64,000 bases of DNA, taken from sequence record NC_048048.2; one strand, given 5' to 3'. Under the pieces are notes generated by a model. That model was given only the letters and a program-made list of their open reading frames with translations, did not search any database and was not told where the DNA came from. Shown here piece after piece: positions 9,016 through 17,927 of this stretch. Within the stretch, counting starts at the first letter, position 1; each line of letters starts with the position of its first letter. Position numbers and translations under genes: made by a program.

Positions 9016-9411
9016 ATGCACGCCAAGATCACCGCCTATAAGGGTCTGCTCGTCATCGAGATGACGACCCTGGAATCGATCGTCGGCGAGGTTACCTGCT
9101 CGCTCGACACGCCCGGCACCTTTGGCCAAGTCATCAATGACACCGCCAAGCATCTGGGCATCTCCGAGGAGGGCATCGCCCTCATGAAGGCCTTCAAGAC
9201 CAACCGCAGCAGCCTGGGCGATATTGACTGGTTCGCCACCGGCGAGGGCAAGCACGCCTTCGGTTGGATCGGCGGTCCCTTCGCCCTGAAGGACCCCACC
9301 ACCGACGAGGGCTCGCGCGACTACCGTGTCTTCGACGGCGCCTATGTCTCGATCCCCAACGATGTGCCGCAGGGCGCCCGTGAGGCGATCGACGCCCAGG
9401 GTGAAGCCTGA
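9016..9411 (+). CDS. hypothetical protein
   Basis: coupled ORF. Confidence 0.75.
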   Translation: MHAKITAYKGLLVIEMTTLESIVGEVTCSLDTPGTFGQVINDTAKHLGISEEGIALMKAFKTNRSSLGDIDWFATGEGKHAFGWIGGPFALKDPTTDEGSRDYRVFDGAYVSIPNDVPQGAREAIDAQGEA

Positions 9412-9767
9412 TGGACCGCAAGGACCTCGACGCCATCCTACATCTGGCCGGCATCAAGCCGCTGGGCATCTGGGAGACCGTCAACGGCTACTCCAAGACC
9501 CGCGAGGACCCCTGGTACCTCGTCCACACCGACTTCGGCATGATCCACATCGGCTGGCGCAAGCGGGTGATCAGCATCGACTGGGAGCAGACCAAGGTCC
9601 GTGTCATCGTCACCGAAGACGACGTGACCAAGGACGAGACCCAGGTCCACGCCCACAGCATGGCTGACGCCGCCGTCTATCTGCGATACTGGCGTCTCTT
9701 CGCCGAGCACACCGCCGCCGTGGCGCGGCGTGATGCAATCGACGGCGCGCCGGTGACGTCATGCTAG
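9411..9767 (+). CDS. hypothetical protein
   Basis: TGATG overlap. Confidence 0.75.
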   Translation: MDRKDLDAILHLAGIKPLGIWETVNGYSKTREDPWYLVHTDFGMIHIGWRKRVISIDWEQTKVRVIVTEDDVTKDETQVHAHSMADAAVYLRYWRLFAEHTAAVARRDAIDGAPVTSC

Positions 9768-10207
9768 ACCTCAATCTTTCCGTCGAAGAGATCACCGACA
9801 TCCTCGAACGTGAACTGTCCTCCCACGAGGACATCATCTACGGCGAGAAGAACGCGGCCCAGAGCATCATCGACTATGTCCAGGCCAAGGCCCTGATCGC
9901 CTCGCAGCATGACGCCTACGGCCTGCCGCTGTCGATCCTGGAGACCTTTCGCAAGCACAGCCTGAAGGTCGAGTATGTCAACCGCAAGGATGACCTGCCC
10001 GATGCCATGGACGTCTACTTCGAAGGCGGTCGGGAAATCACCCTGTGCCATGTCGAGGTTCCAGTCGAGTCCTGGGTCGTCGTTTCCTGGAACGGCAAGC
10101 TCAAGCGCCCCGAAGTGGAGCTTTTGGCCACCGACATGGCCAAGGCCTGGGGCGCGGAACTGAAGGCCAAGGAAGCCGGCCAGCCCAAGGGCAAGAAGGT
10201 CCGCTAG
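9761..10207 (+). CDS. hypothetical protein, YDLP paralog family
   Basis: AYGLPLSILETFRK...LATDMAKAW. Confidence 0.75.
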   Translation: MLDLNLSVEEITDILERELSSHEDIIYGEKNAAQSIIDYVQAKALIASQHDAYGLPLSILETFRKHSLKVEYVNRKDDLPDAMDVYFEGGREITLCHVEVPVESWVVVSWNGKLKRPEVELLATDMAKAWGAELKAKEAGQPKGKKVR

Positions 10208-10212
10208 GCATC

Positions 10213-10256
10213 GTGCGAGAAAGTTGTTGACATCGGTCTCCGGGCTGGCCTAGATG
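10213..10256 (+). promoter_or_regulatory. sigma70-type promoter
   Basis: TGCGAGAAAGTTG-TTGACA(10227)-N17-CTAGAT. Confidence 0.75.
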
Positions 10257-10280
10257 GGGTCAACACCAACCGGAGGCCAG

Positions 10281-10583
10281 ATGCCCTCTCTCAGCGAAGC
10301 CACCGACCTGATGCTACTCAAGCAAGGTCTCGTGTCCCTGGAGGACCTGGAGCGCAGCCCCGTGCTCCGGCCGCTGAATTGCTGGACCCTGTTCCTCGAC
10401 ACCTTCAATCTGGGCTTCAGCCACGACTGGTCGCTGCCCTTCCTGGAGAAGACCGACTGGGGTCACCTGGAGGTCCAGACCTGCCATGTCTGCGGCGCCG
10501 TGCGTCGCCCGCGCTTTGGCCCCTACTACGGCGTGGCCTCCGCGCCAATGACCCCGCTCCAGATCGAAGGACGTGCTGCATGA
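10281..10583 (+). CDS. hypothetical protein with CxxC motif
   Basis: GGAGG SD; TCHVCG. Confidence 0.7.
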   Translation: MPSLSEATDLMLLKQGLVSLEDLERSPVLRPLNCWTLFLDTFNLGFSHDWSLPFLEKTDWGHLEVQTCHVCGAVRRPRFGPYYGVASAPMTPLQIEGRAA

Positions 10584-10831
10584 TCCCCGCCATTCGTCGG
10601 TTCTTCGGCCTCTGCGAGCACGACTGGGAGCGCATGCCTCAGACCGTCTCCAAGACCCTGGTCCCGGCCAACCCCCGCGTCGACACCTGCCTGGGCTTCG
10701 ACGTGGTGGTCGTCAAGACCTTCCACCAGCGCTGCTGCCTGCGGTGCGCCAAGGTCGAGGTCACCTGCATCGGTCACGAGACTTTCCCGCTCTCCACCTG
10801 GAAGGGCGACCGCTCGGAGCTTTCGATTTGA
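10580..10831 (+). CDS. Cys-rich hypothetical protein
   Basis: CEHDW...RCCLRCAK; ATGA overlap. Confidence 0.7.
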   Translation: MIPAIRRFFGLCEHDWERMPQTVSKTLVPANPRVDTCLGFDVVVVKTFHQRCCLRCAKVEVTCIGHETFPLSTWKGDRSELSI

Positions 10832-11580
10832 ACGCCCACATCACCCACTGTTTCCAGGGCGAGTACGAAGGCTCGTGCAAGTACGGCGACGAGGACTGCC
10901 CCGCGCGGTTCGTCGCGCCGGCTCTGGCACGCAAGGCCATGGCGGATTCACGCTACTTCTCCGACGACGAGGCGCCGTTCAGCGGTCAGGTCTTCGACGG
11001 CGACAACCGCCTGCTGCTGATCGTCGGCGAGAACGCGTCGGGTAAAAGCCTGATGTTCCGCGTCCTCAATGCCTACGCCAAGCGAGACCACGACCTGACC
11101 GGCATCACCATCTCGATCCGAGAGCGCACCGATTCCTCCGTCCCGTTCCGCCGCATGTTCATGTTCGGCGACGAGGCCGAGCAATCGACCGGCGCGACCT
11201 CGTTTAGCACCATCGAGATGGGCTTCAAGACGGCCAACGGCGAAAGCCAGGGCAAGAACCTGCTGATGATCGATGAGCCCGAGATGGGCCTGTCGGATGG
11301 CTATGCCCGCGCCCTGGGCGAGTACCTGGGCGAGCGCGCCCGCGACCTTCCCGACGCCTGCCACGGTCTTGTGGTGGTGACCCACAACCGTCCCCTGGTG
11401 AAGGGCATGCTGATGGGTCTGAGCGCCACGCCTGCCTTTGTCCACATGGGCGCGACGACGCCGCTGTTCGACTGGCTGGAACACCGCGAAACCCGGTCCG
11501 TGCGCGAACTGCGCGCGCTCAAGGAAACCGCCTCCGAGCGTCGCAAGCAAACCCAGAAACTGATGAACCGCAAGGACTGA
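10828..11580 (+). CDS. stand-alone ABC/AAA-type ATPase (start uncertain)
   Basis: Walker A GENASGKS, Walker B/D-loop LLMIDEPE, H-loop VVTHN. Confidence 0.8.
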   Translation: MNAHITHCFQGEYEGSCKYGDEDCPARFVAPALARKAMADSRYFSDDEAPFSGQVFDGDNRLLLIVGENASGKSLMFRVLNAYAKRDHDLTGITISIRERTDSSVPFRRMFMFGDEAEQSTGATSFSTIEMGFKTANGESQGKNLLMIDEPEMGLSDGYARALGEYLGERARDLPDACHGLVVVTHNRPLVKGMLMGLSATPAFVHMGATTPLFDWLEHRETRSVRELRALKETASERRKQTQKLMNRKD

Positions 11581-11581
11581 C

Positions 11582-11941
11582 ATGACTGAGCAGACTGAAA
11601 TCGCCAAGGCGAAGGCCTATCTGGAAACCCTCGCTTCCGACGGGACGCGCGTTGAGTTCGATGCGAACGGCTATCTCGCGCCCGAGGGCGTCGACGCTAT
11701 CCGCACGGTCCTGGCCCACCTGGGCGCCCCCAAGGCTGGAGTCGCCAACCACGGCGTTTCGAAAGAGCACGCCTACGAGAACATCCGCTTTGCGGTGTTC
11801 GACGCCCTGATCGCCAAGATGCCGCGCGGCTCGTACGACTACCTGGAGCAGGCCGCCGAGGTCGCTGCCGAGGCGCTGAAGAACCCGGCCTTCGCCTGGG
11901 TCTTCGACGTCCTGGCCGAGAAAGAGGACGCGCCGTCGTGA
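11582..11941 (+). CDS. hypothetical protein
   Basis: coupled ORF. Confidence 0.75.
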   Translation: MTEQTEIAKAKAYLETLASDGTRVEFDANGYLAPEGVDAIRTVLAHLGAPKAGVANHGVSKEHAYENIRFAVFDALIAKMPRGSYDYLEQAAEVAAEALKNPAFAWVFDVLAEKEDAPS

Positions 11942-12492
11942 GCGACGATCGTCTCGACCCGCCGGTCCTCCAGAAGCTGATCTACAAGCACTTCTACAAC
12001 GGACCCGTGGGCGGCGCCGCGCTGCGTCTGGCCAAGATCATCAACCGCCACGCCCAGGGCCTGCCGATCATGGCCTTCGAAGAGGTCCTGAACGAGTTCC
12101 TGGTCCAGCGCCTGGGGCTAAACGAGACGACCGATCCCAAGCTGGCGGCCGAGAACAAGGAGGCCCTGGCGGCCGAGCGGGCGAGCTTCTGGAAAGCCCT
12201 GAACGGCAAGGTGGATGGCGGCATCGTCCATGACCTGATCGCCTATGCCCGCGCCAAGGACCTCTATGAGTGCTTGACCGAGAAGGTTCAGCAGTTCGAT
12301 CAGCCCGTCATCAATGCCTTTGGCATGACCGTCGACCAGACGATCGCGCACTTGCAGAGCGTCATCGCCGATCGCACTGCCGATTTGGCTGCGGCGACCG
12401 ACCCGAACAGGCGCGCTGACCTGGAGGCGGTGATCGCCGACGTCCGGGCGGCCCTGGCCAAATTGCAGCCCATAGAAGGAGTCCAATCGTGA
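11938..12492 (+). CDS. hypothetical helical protein
   Basis: GTGA overlap. Confidence 0.75.
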   Translation: MSDDRLDPPVLQKLIYKHFYNGPVGGAALRLAKIINRHAQGLPIMAFEEVLNEFLVQRLGLNETTDPKLAAENKEALAAERASFWKALNGKVDGGIVHDLIAYARAKDLYECLTEKVQQFDQPVINAFGMTVDQTIAHLQSVIADRTADLAAATDPNRRADLEAVIADVRAALAKLQPIEGVQS

Positions 12493-12905
12493 GCCAGGAC
12501 ATCGCCACCTCGACCCTGCCCTTCTTCCTGGGCGCGCTGGTCAAGTACGCCAAGGACGGTCCCAGTTCGTGGATGCTCTGCGAGCGGGCCGAGGACCAGG
12601 ACTATCTACCTGAGTTGATCAAGGGGACCTGGACGACCGACGGTCATCCCAACTGCTCCCACTTCTCGCCGGAGTTCGTCTACGGCTTCTTCGCCACCAG
12701 GGAAGAGGCCGCCAGAGCCTGGGCGGTCGCCGGCGCCGCGTGGCGCACCAACGCGCTCCTGCTTCAAAGGCTGCGCAGCCAACTGGCGCTCGCCGAGACC
12801 GAGCAACGCCAATCGGCGATCACCGTGGCCAGGGAACTGGCCACCATGATTGAAACCGTTCGCGGCGAGGACATCGTCGCGACCATCAAACTCGTGGACG
12901 TCTAA
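12489..12905 (+). CDS. hypothetical protein
   Basis: GTGA overlap. Confidence 0.75.
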   Translation: MSQDIATSTLPFFLGALVKYAKDGPSSWMLCERAEDQDYLPELIKGTWTTDGHPNCSHFSPEFVYGFFATREEAARAWAVAGAAWRTNALLLQRLRSQLALAETEQRQSAITVARELATMIETVRGEDIVATIKLVDV

Positions 12906-12906
12906 C

Positions 12907-13152
12907 ATGGGCCGCAAGCTGATCCTCACCCGTCTCAATCCAGAGCGTGAACTGTCCCGCGCCGACCAGCGCACCTTTGAGGACATCCAGGCCCTTCTGG
13001 GCAAGGCCGGGCAACTGGCCGATCGCCTCGGCCCAGACGTCTCGGTGGTCATGGAACTCTGGGACGCCGAGGAGACCGGCAACACCGTGCGTGGCCGGCT
13101 CCAATACGGCTGCTCGGGCGCCTCGATCTGCTCCTCGCGCATCGCCCCTTGA
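12907..13152 (+). CDS. hypothetical protein
   Basis: ATG 1 nt after upstream stop. Confidence 0.65.
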   Translation: MGRKLILTRLNPERELSRADQRTFEDIQALLGKAGQLADRLGPDVSVVMELWDAEETGNTVRGRLQYGCSGASICSSRIAP

Positions 13153-13190
13153 CGCTATTCATGACGCCATGCTACGGCTGGCGTCATGAA
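13149..13190 (+). promoter_or_regulatory. promoter with perfect 12-bp inverted repeat over the -10 and start codon
   Basis: TTGACG(13149); TTCATGACGCCA-N9-TGGCGTCATGAA (13158-13190). Confidence 0.65.
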
Positions 13191-13674
13191 AGAGCTTTAC
13201 CACCAGGACCTGCACGCGGTCGTCTCCGCCTCCGGTAAGAGCCGTCTCGTCTACGGCTCGGCAAAGGACGCCACGGCGCGCGCCGAGCAGCTATCGCGCC
13301 TGGAAGGTGGCTCCCTGGTCCAGACGTGGCCGGTCAGCGACGTCTACCACATCCTGCATGACACCGAGTTCAACGCCGCCGAGCGCCGGCGCGCGGTCAA
13401 CACCGTCACGCTCCTGGGACAGGCGGCCAAGTCCTCGCCGCTCACCGTCTACAAGGCGCCCGGCGACGTGCGCCCGGTCGAGCCGGATGCCTCGCGTGAG
13501 GTGACCGAGGCCGGCCTGCGCATCGACGCCGGCATGATCATCCACAAGCTCCAGAACGGCCTCTCACCTGTGACCCTGTCCCAGGCGCAGATCGACACCC
13601 TGGTCGACGCCTGGGCGCTGATGCTCCGCGATGTCGGTCGCCTGCATGATCTGGAACTGATGCAGGACGCCTGA
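13186..13674 (+). CDS. hypothetical protein, probably leaderless
   Basis: ATG lies just downstream of the -10, no SD. Confidence 0.7.
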   Translation: MKELYHQDLHAVVSASGKSRLVYGSAKDATARAEQLSRLEGGSLVQTWPVSDVYHILHDTEFNAAERRRAVNTVTLLGQAAKSSPLTVYKAPGDVRPVEPDASREVTEAGLRIDAGMIIHKLQNGLSPVTLSQAQIDTLVDAWALMLRDVGRLHDLELMQDA

Positions 13675-13717
13675 TCCGCGTTCCACCCTGGCATTAACCC
13701 TAACGACGAGACGCCCC

Positions 13718-13999
13718 GTGACCGACAGCTACTACACCGAGGATGGCGATGAGTATGCCGAGCGCGCGGCCCACTGCGAGGGCATGCTGGGCTTCTTCCG
13801 CGAGGCCGAGCAGGAGATCGCCCGTCTGTACCCGCCGATCGATCGCGCGCTGAACGAGGCCAGCTACACCATGAGCGAGATCGGCCTGTGGATCGATCAG
13901 GAGGGCGGCATCTCCATTCCGGCCATCATCCAGGCCTGGGCGCTGGTGGAGACGCTGCGCCGCAATGGCGGGCAGTTCCCCTCCAAGCTGCGGATGTAG
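13718..13999 (+). CDS. acidic hypothetical protein, AWxLVE family
   Basis: IQAWALVETLRRNG. Confidence 0.75.
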   Translation: MTDSYYTEDGDEYAERAAHCEGMLGFFREAEQEIARLYPPIDRALNEASYTMSEIGLWIDQEGGISIPAIIQAWALVETLRRNGGQFPSKLRM

Positions 14000-14003
14000 T
14001 CCC

Positions 14004-14279
14004 ATGAGCAACGCCCTCACCAGCGGCTATGTCCAGGAGATCGAGGACGCCGATCGAAAGGTCCTGGCCGAGGACCGCGACCGCTTCAATGGTCCGCTGT
14101 TCGAAGAGGCCCTGCAAGACGACACCCTCAAGCGCGAGGTCGCCAAGGGTATCGACGCCATGATCCAGTCGGGCATCTGGTTCAGCGACGCCGATCTCCA
14201 TGACGCCCTTCAGGCATGGTCGCTGGTCGAGGCCATCCGCCGCAACGGCAACACCTACCCGGCGGAGCTTGAGGCGTGA
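14004..14279 (+). CDS. acidic hypothetical protein, AWxLVE family
   Basis: LQAWSLVEAIRRNG. Confidence 0.75.
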   Translation: MSNALTSGYVQEIEDADRKVLAEDRDRFNGPLFEEALQDDTLKREVAKGIDAMIQSGIWFSDADLHDALQAWSLVEAIRRNGNTYPAELEA

Positions 14280-14713
14280 TCTCCTGGCCCGAGACCTACA
14301 GCTTCACCCGTGAGGAGATGCTGGCCTTCGTCAAGCAGCACGACGCCTATTCGGAGGCCTTCCGCTCGGCGTTCCTGGGGCTTGTGGCGGCCTCTTCGGG
14401 CGATCGCGCCATCACCATCCTGGGCTTGACCCGCGAGGGCCAGCGCGATGATCGCTTCTGCTATCTGGGCCACATCACCGGCGCCGATGAGCGGCTGCTG
14501 ATCCGCTGCTTCGAGAACGTGCGCTTTGGCGAGGCGCCGCCGGTCCTCACCGAAGAGGGCAGCAACGTGCTGCACTTCATCGCCCAGTTCTATCCCGACG
14601 AGATCAACGACCACATCGGCCCCTTCAGCAAGGCCTATGCGCACCTGCGCGCCCCACCCAAGCCCAAGGCCGACAAGAAACCCAAGAAGGACAAGACCGA
14701 TGTCGTGGTTTGA
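14276..14713 (+). CDS. hypothetical protein
   Basis: GTGA overlap. Confidence 0.75.
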   Translation: MISWPETYSFTREEMLAFVKQHDAYSEAFRSAFLGLVAASSGDRAITILGLTREGQRDDRFCYLGHITGADERLLIRCFENVRFGEAPPVLTEEGSNVLHFIAQFYPDEINDHIGPFSKAYAHLRAPPKPKADKKPKKDKTDVVV

Positions 14714-15095
14714 CGACTTCAAGGCGTGGCTGGGATACACCCGCCAGCACAAGAACCCCGAGGCCGGCGAGTTCCGCATCCACCAGTTCGCGCCCAACAG
14801 CTTCGTCGTGCAGATTTTCGATGGCGGCGATTGGAAGGGCCTTTCGCCGCTCGGCCGCATCGCCAACTTCCGGGCGCATGTCGAGTTCCACGAGAGCTTC
14901 GACCAAGCCGTCGAGAAGATGACCAACCTGCGCGCCCGCTGGTCAAGACTGTACGAGGGCGAGATCGAGCGTCTGCTGGGCAGCGAGATCAACTACTATC
15001 CCGAGAGCCTCCATCCGGTGCGCAAGCATGGCAAACGCTCGTGGAAGGTCGAGAACAAGGCCACCGAAGTCGCCCTGAAAGGGTTCGGCGGTTGA
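14700..15095 (+). CDS. hypothetical protein (paralog of 15146)
   Basis: FRIHQFAPNSFVVQ...ESFDQAVE...NYYP. Confidence 0.75.
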   Translation: MSWFDDFKAWLGYTRQHKNPEAGEFRIHQFAPNSFVVQIFDGGDWKGLSPLGRIANFRAHVEFHESFDQAVEKMTNLRARWSRLYEGEIERLLGSEINYYPESLHPVRKHGKRSWKVENKATEVALKGFGG

Positions 15096-15121
15096 CGCCA
15101 ATCGCGGCGCCATGATAGCCA
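15092..15121 (+). promoter_or_regulatory. sigma70-type promoter
   Basis: TTGACG(15092)...TGATAGCCA in the intergenic gap. Confidence 0.5.
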
Positions 15122-15145
15122 AGACGTCATAGAAAAGGAATCGAC

Positions 15146-15544
15146 ATGCCCTGGTGGTGGCCCTTCAAGCGCAAGGCCCAGGTCGAAGTGACCGAGCCCG
15201 TCCGCACGCTCCAGCCCTACGACGTCCGGGTCGTCCAGGTGGATGCCGACACCTTCTATGTCGAGGCCTACGTCGACAACGTCTGGCGTCGTATGCTCTC
15301 CATGCGCCACTCCGACTGGCGCCTGACCCTGGCCAGTGGTAAGGCCTGGAAAACCTTCGAGGAGGCCAAGGCCGCTGCCGAGGCTTTCACGGCCTACCGT
15401 GTCGACTGGATCGCCAAGGAAGCCATCCGGCTGCGCGAGCATCGCAACAACTTCTATCCGACCGAGTACGTGCGCGAGCCAGTCAACGTGGGCATGAACC
15501 ACGAGGCCAAGGCGGCTTCGAACTTCCGCCTGAGCTTCGGATGA
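15146..15544 (+). CDS. hypothetical protein (paralog of 14700)
   Basis: AAGGA SD; VRVVQVDADTFYVE...KTFEEAKA...NFYP. Confidence 0.75.
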   Translation: MPWWWPFKRKAQVEVTEPVRTLQPYDVRVVQVDADTFYVEAYVDNVWRRMLSMRHSDWRLTLASGKAWKTFEEAKAAAEAFTAYRVDWIAKEAIRLREHRNNFYPTEYVREPVNVGMNHEAKAASNFRLSFG

Positions 15545-15852
15545 GAAACCGCGCTCACCAAGTCCTGGCCCTGCTCGCCGAAGCCTCCGACGAAGGCTTC
15601 GATGATATCCTGTGCGATGGCGCCTGCTATGTCGGGCACGTTCGCATCAGCCGGGGCACGGTGACCGAGCTTCTGATCCACATGGCCATCTCGCGCGCCG
15701 ATGAGGATACCGAGCGCTACACGATCAACGCCACCGGTCTGGCCATCCACCGACGGCCGGCGCTGGCGTGCGACATCCTCAAGGCAATCGGCCAGGGCAT
15801 CGCGTTCACGGTGGACGAGAACGACCAGATCGAGGTCCTGGACTATCCTTGA
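15541..15852 (+). CDS. hypothetical protein
   Basis: ATGA overlap. Confidence 0.75.
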   Translation: MRNRAHQVLALLAEASDEGFDDILCDGACYVGHVRISRGTVTELLIHMAISRADEDTERYTINATGLAIHRRPALACDILKAIGQGIAFTVDENDQIEVLDYP

Positions 15853-16337
15853 TGGCCAAGACCCTGATCCTCGAACAGGCGATCGAACGCTTCCCGGTCC
15901 TGCTCCTCCTGGCGCAGGGCGTGGGCCGCTGGACGCGTCTGCGCGACACCAGCATCGACGAGTCTACCCTATCGGTCCTGGTCGCCGAGGGCGTTGTCGA
16001 AGTCGGCCGCTACAAGCCCGATCAGCGGGTGCGCGGACGCGTGCGGACCTTCCGGGCTCTGGCCCTGACCGCCAAGGGCGAACTGCTGTCGGCCATGCTG
16101 CGCGACGCCTTTCGCGAGCGCAATCTGGCCTGGAGCTACGGCCCAGACGATGGCATCGGGCGCGTGGCCATGCGCGCCGACTGGGGCCAGCCCAAGATCG
16201 AGTACGTCGCTGACGGATACCTGGGCCGGCGCCGTAAGGTGATCACCGCCCGGCCAGATAACCACAAGACCAAGATGAAGAAAGCCGCCCAGCAGGCCCT
16301 GGCCAAGTGGCGGCTTTGGCAGAAAGCACCGACATGA
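15852..16337 (+). CDS. hypothetical protein
   Basis: TGATG overlap. Confidence 0.75.
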   Translation: MAKTLILEQAIERFPVLLLLAQGVGRWTRLRDTSIDESTLSVLVAEGVVEVGRYKPDQRVRGRVRTFRALALTAKGELLSAMLRDAFRERNLAWSYGPDDGIGRVAMRADWGQPKIEYVADGYLGRRRKVITARPDNHKTKMKKAAQQALAKWRLWQKAPT

Positions 16338-16612
16338 GCGATTACGAGCGTCAATTCGAGGAACGGTTCGACGACCTGGAGGTCGATCGTCGCCGCGCGC
16401 GCAGCCTGATCGACGACTTCGCCACGCATGCCGTGCCCGAGGACAAGAAGGACGCGGTCGACAAGCTGATCGGGCTGGCCAACTACTTCGATCACCTGGA
16501 GATCAAGCTGGACGTGGAGACGGCGATCGCCGCCTGGGCGTTGGTCGAGGAGGCGCTGCTGTGCGCCCCCGAGGAGATCGACGACCTGATCGCCGACATC
16601 GAACGAGGCTGA
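16334..16612 (+). CDS. acidic hypothetical protein, AWxLVE family
   Basis: IAAWALVEE. Confidence 0.7.
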   Translation: MSDYERQFEERFDDLEVDRRRARSLIDDFATHAVPEDKKDAVDKLIGLANYFDHLEIKLDVETAIAAWALVEEALLCAPEEIDDLIADIERG

Positions 16613-16614
16613 AG

Positions 16615-17289
16615 ATGCAGACCGGCATCGTCGATCGCACCTTCGAGACGCGCAAGGAATACTGGGTCGCACGGGGCTTCTCAAAGAAGCTCAACTGCTA
16701 CGTCTATCCCCACCACGGTTGGTCCTGGATTTCCTGGACGCGGCAGATCGGGGACACCCACGACACCCTGGAACAGGCTCGGAACAACATCCGGGGCGGC
16801 TATATCGAGGACATGATCGAGACCCAAGAGGTCGTCGACATCGAGTTCCTGCACTACAAGCGCACCCGCCAAATCGCCGAGCATGTCGAGGTCGTGGCCT
16901 ATAATCACGATGGCGAGCCCTCGACCTTGGCGGAGCCGACCGTGGTGGTCGAGAACTGGACACTACGCCCGGACGACTACATCGGCATCGGCAGTGACGA
17001 CGGCCGCGACATTTCCATCTATGGTCGCATCACCGCCCTGCGCGATGGCAAGGCTTATATCGACGTCCTCAATGGCGGCTGGACCTTGGTCGTGCGTATG
17101 GACGGCGACAAAACCATCGTCGACGCCGAATCCGACTGCTGCCAAGGCGGCGACGAGGACGAAGAGTCCAGGGCTGGCCGGCCCGTGCGCGTCCTCTTCC
17201 AGGGCGTTCCAAATCCGAACGAGGACCCTGGCTGCTACACCACCCAGATGAACGCGTGGCGCGATCAGCAGGAGGGCGTGGCGGCATGA
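16615..17289 (+). CDS. hypothetical two-domain protein
   Basis: coupled ORF. Confidence 0.75.
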   Translation: MQTGIVDRTFETRKEYWVARGFSKKLNCYVYPHHGWSWISWTRQIGDTHDTLEQARNNIRGGYIEDMIETQEVVDIEFLHYKRTRQIAEHVEVVAYNHDGEPSTLAEPTVVVENWTLRPDDYIGIGSDDGRDISIYGRITALRDGKAYIDVLNGGWTLVVRMDGDKTIVDAESDCCQGGDEDEESRAGRPVRVLFQGVPNPNEDPGCYTTQMNAWRDQQEGVAA

Positions 17290-17618
17290 CCGAGATCGCA
17301 CACTATCGGCATCCAGCCCAAAGCACGCGTTGGGAAACGGATTTCTATGTCTTCGCCAAGGTCGAGTTTCCTTCGAGCCAGGGTAAACCGATGTTCGAGG
17401 AAGTCGTCTGGGGCTCCGACTTCGCCAGGACCGGATGGCGCAAGGTCAATGCCGAAGGTGTCAGTCCGGTCGGTTTCGCGCGCCGCGAGGATGCCGACAA
17501 GGATGTGATGTCCGATCGCGCGCGCTGGTTCAACGGCCAGGAACTCACCGCCGTCCACGATTTGCGCTTCCTCAAGCGCACCGTCGTCACCGCGACCTAT
17601 TACGAGGACGTTCCGTGA
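17286..17618 (+). CDS. hypothetical protein
   Basis: GGAGG SD, ATGA overlap. Confidence 0.75.
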   Translation: MTEIAHYRHPAQSTRWETDFYVFAKVEFPSSQGKPMFEEVVWGSDFARTGWRKVNAEGVSPVGFARREDADKDVMSDRARWFNGQELTAVHDLRFLKRTVVTATYYEDVP

Positions 17619-17917
17619 CCGCCGACCTCGAAGTGATTCTGCGCACCTACCACAAGTCCGGCCGCAACGGCGACCGGGCCATGCGCGACACGCCCTACCG
17701 CGACTACGAGGTCGTCCTGCGCCGCGTCGCCGATCGCGTCGAGGTCCCCGTCCGCCTCTTCGATGGATATGACAGTTTCAACGTTTCGATCCGCTCTGAT
17801 CAGCACCGCCTCGCCGATGCCCTGGCAAACCAGTTGGCCGACTTCTTCCACACGTCCGTCATCCGCGAAGACTATGAGCCCCAGGTCACCACGACCTGGG
17901 TCAAACGAGAACAGTAA
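17615..17917 (+). CDS. hypothetical protein
   Basis: GTGA overlap. Confidence 0.7.
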   Translation: MTADLEVILRTYHKSGRNGDRAMRDTPYRDYEVVLRRVADRVEVPVRLFDGYDSFNVSIRSDQHRLADALANQLADFFHTSVIREDYEPQVTTTWVKREQ

Positions 17918-17927
17918 GGGGGAACCC

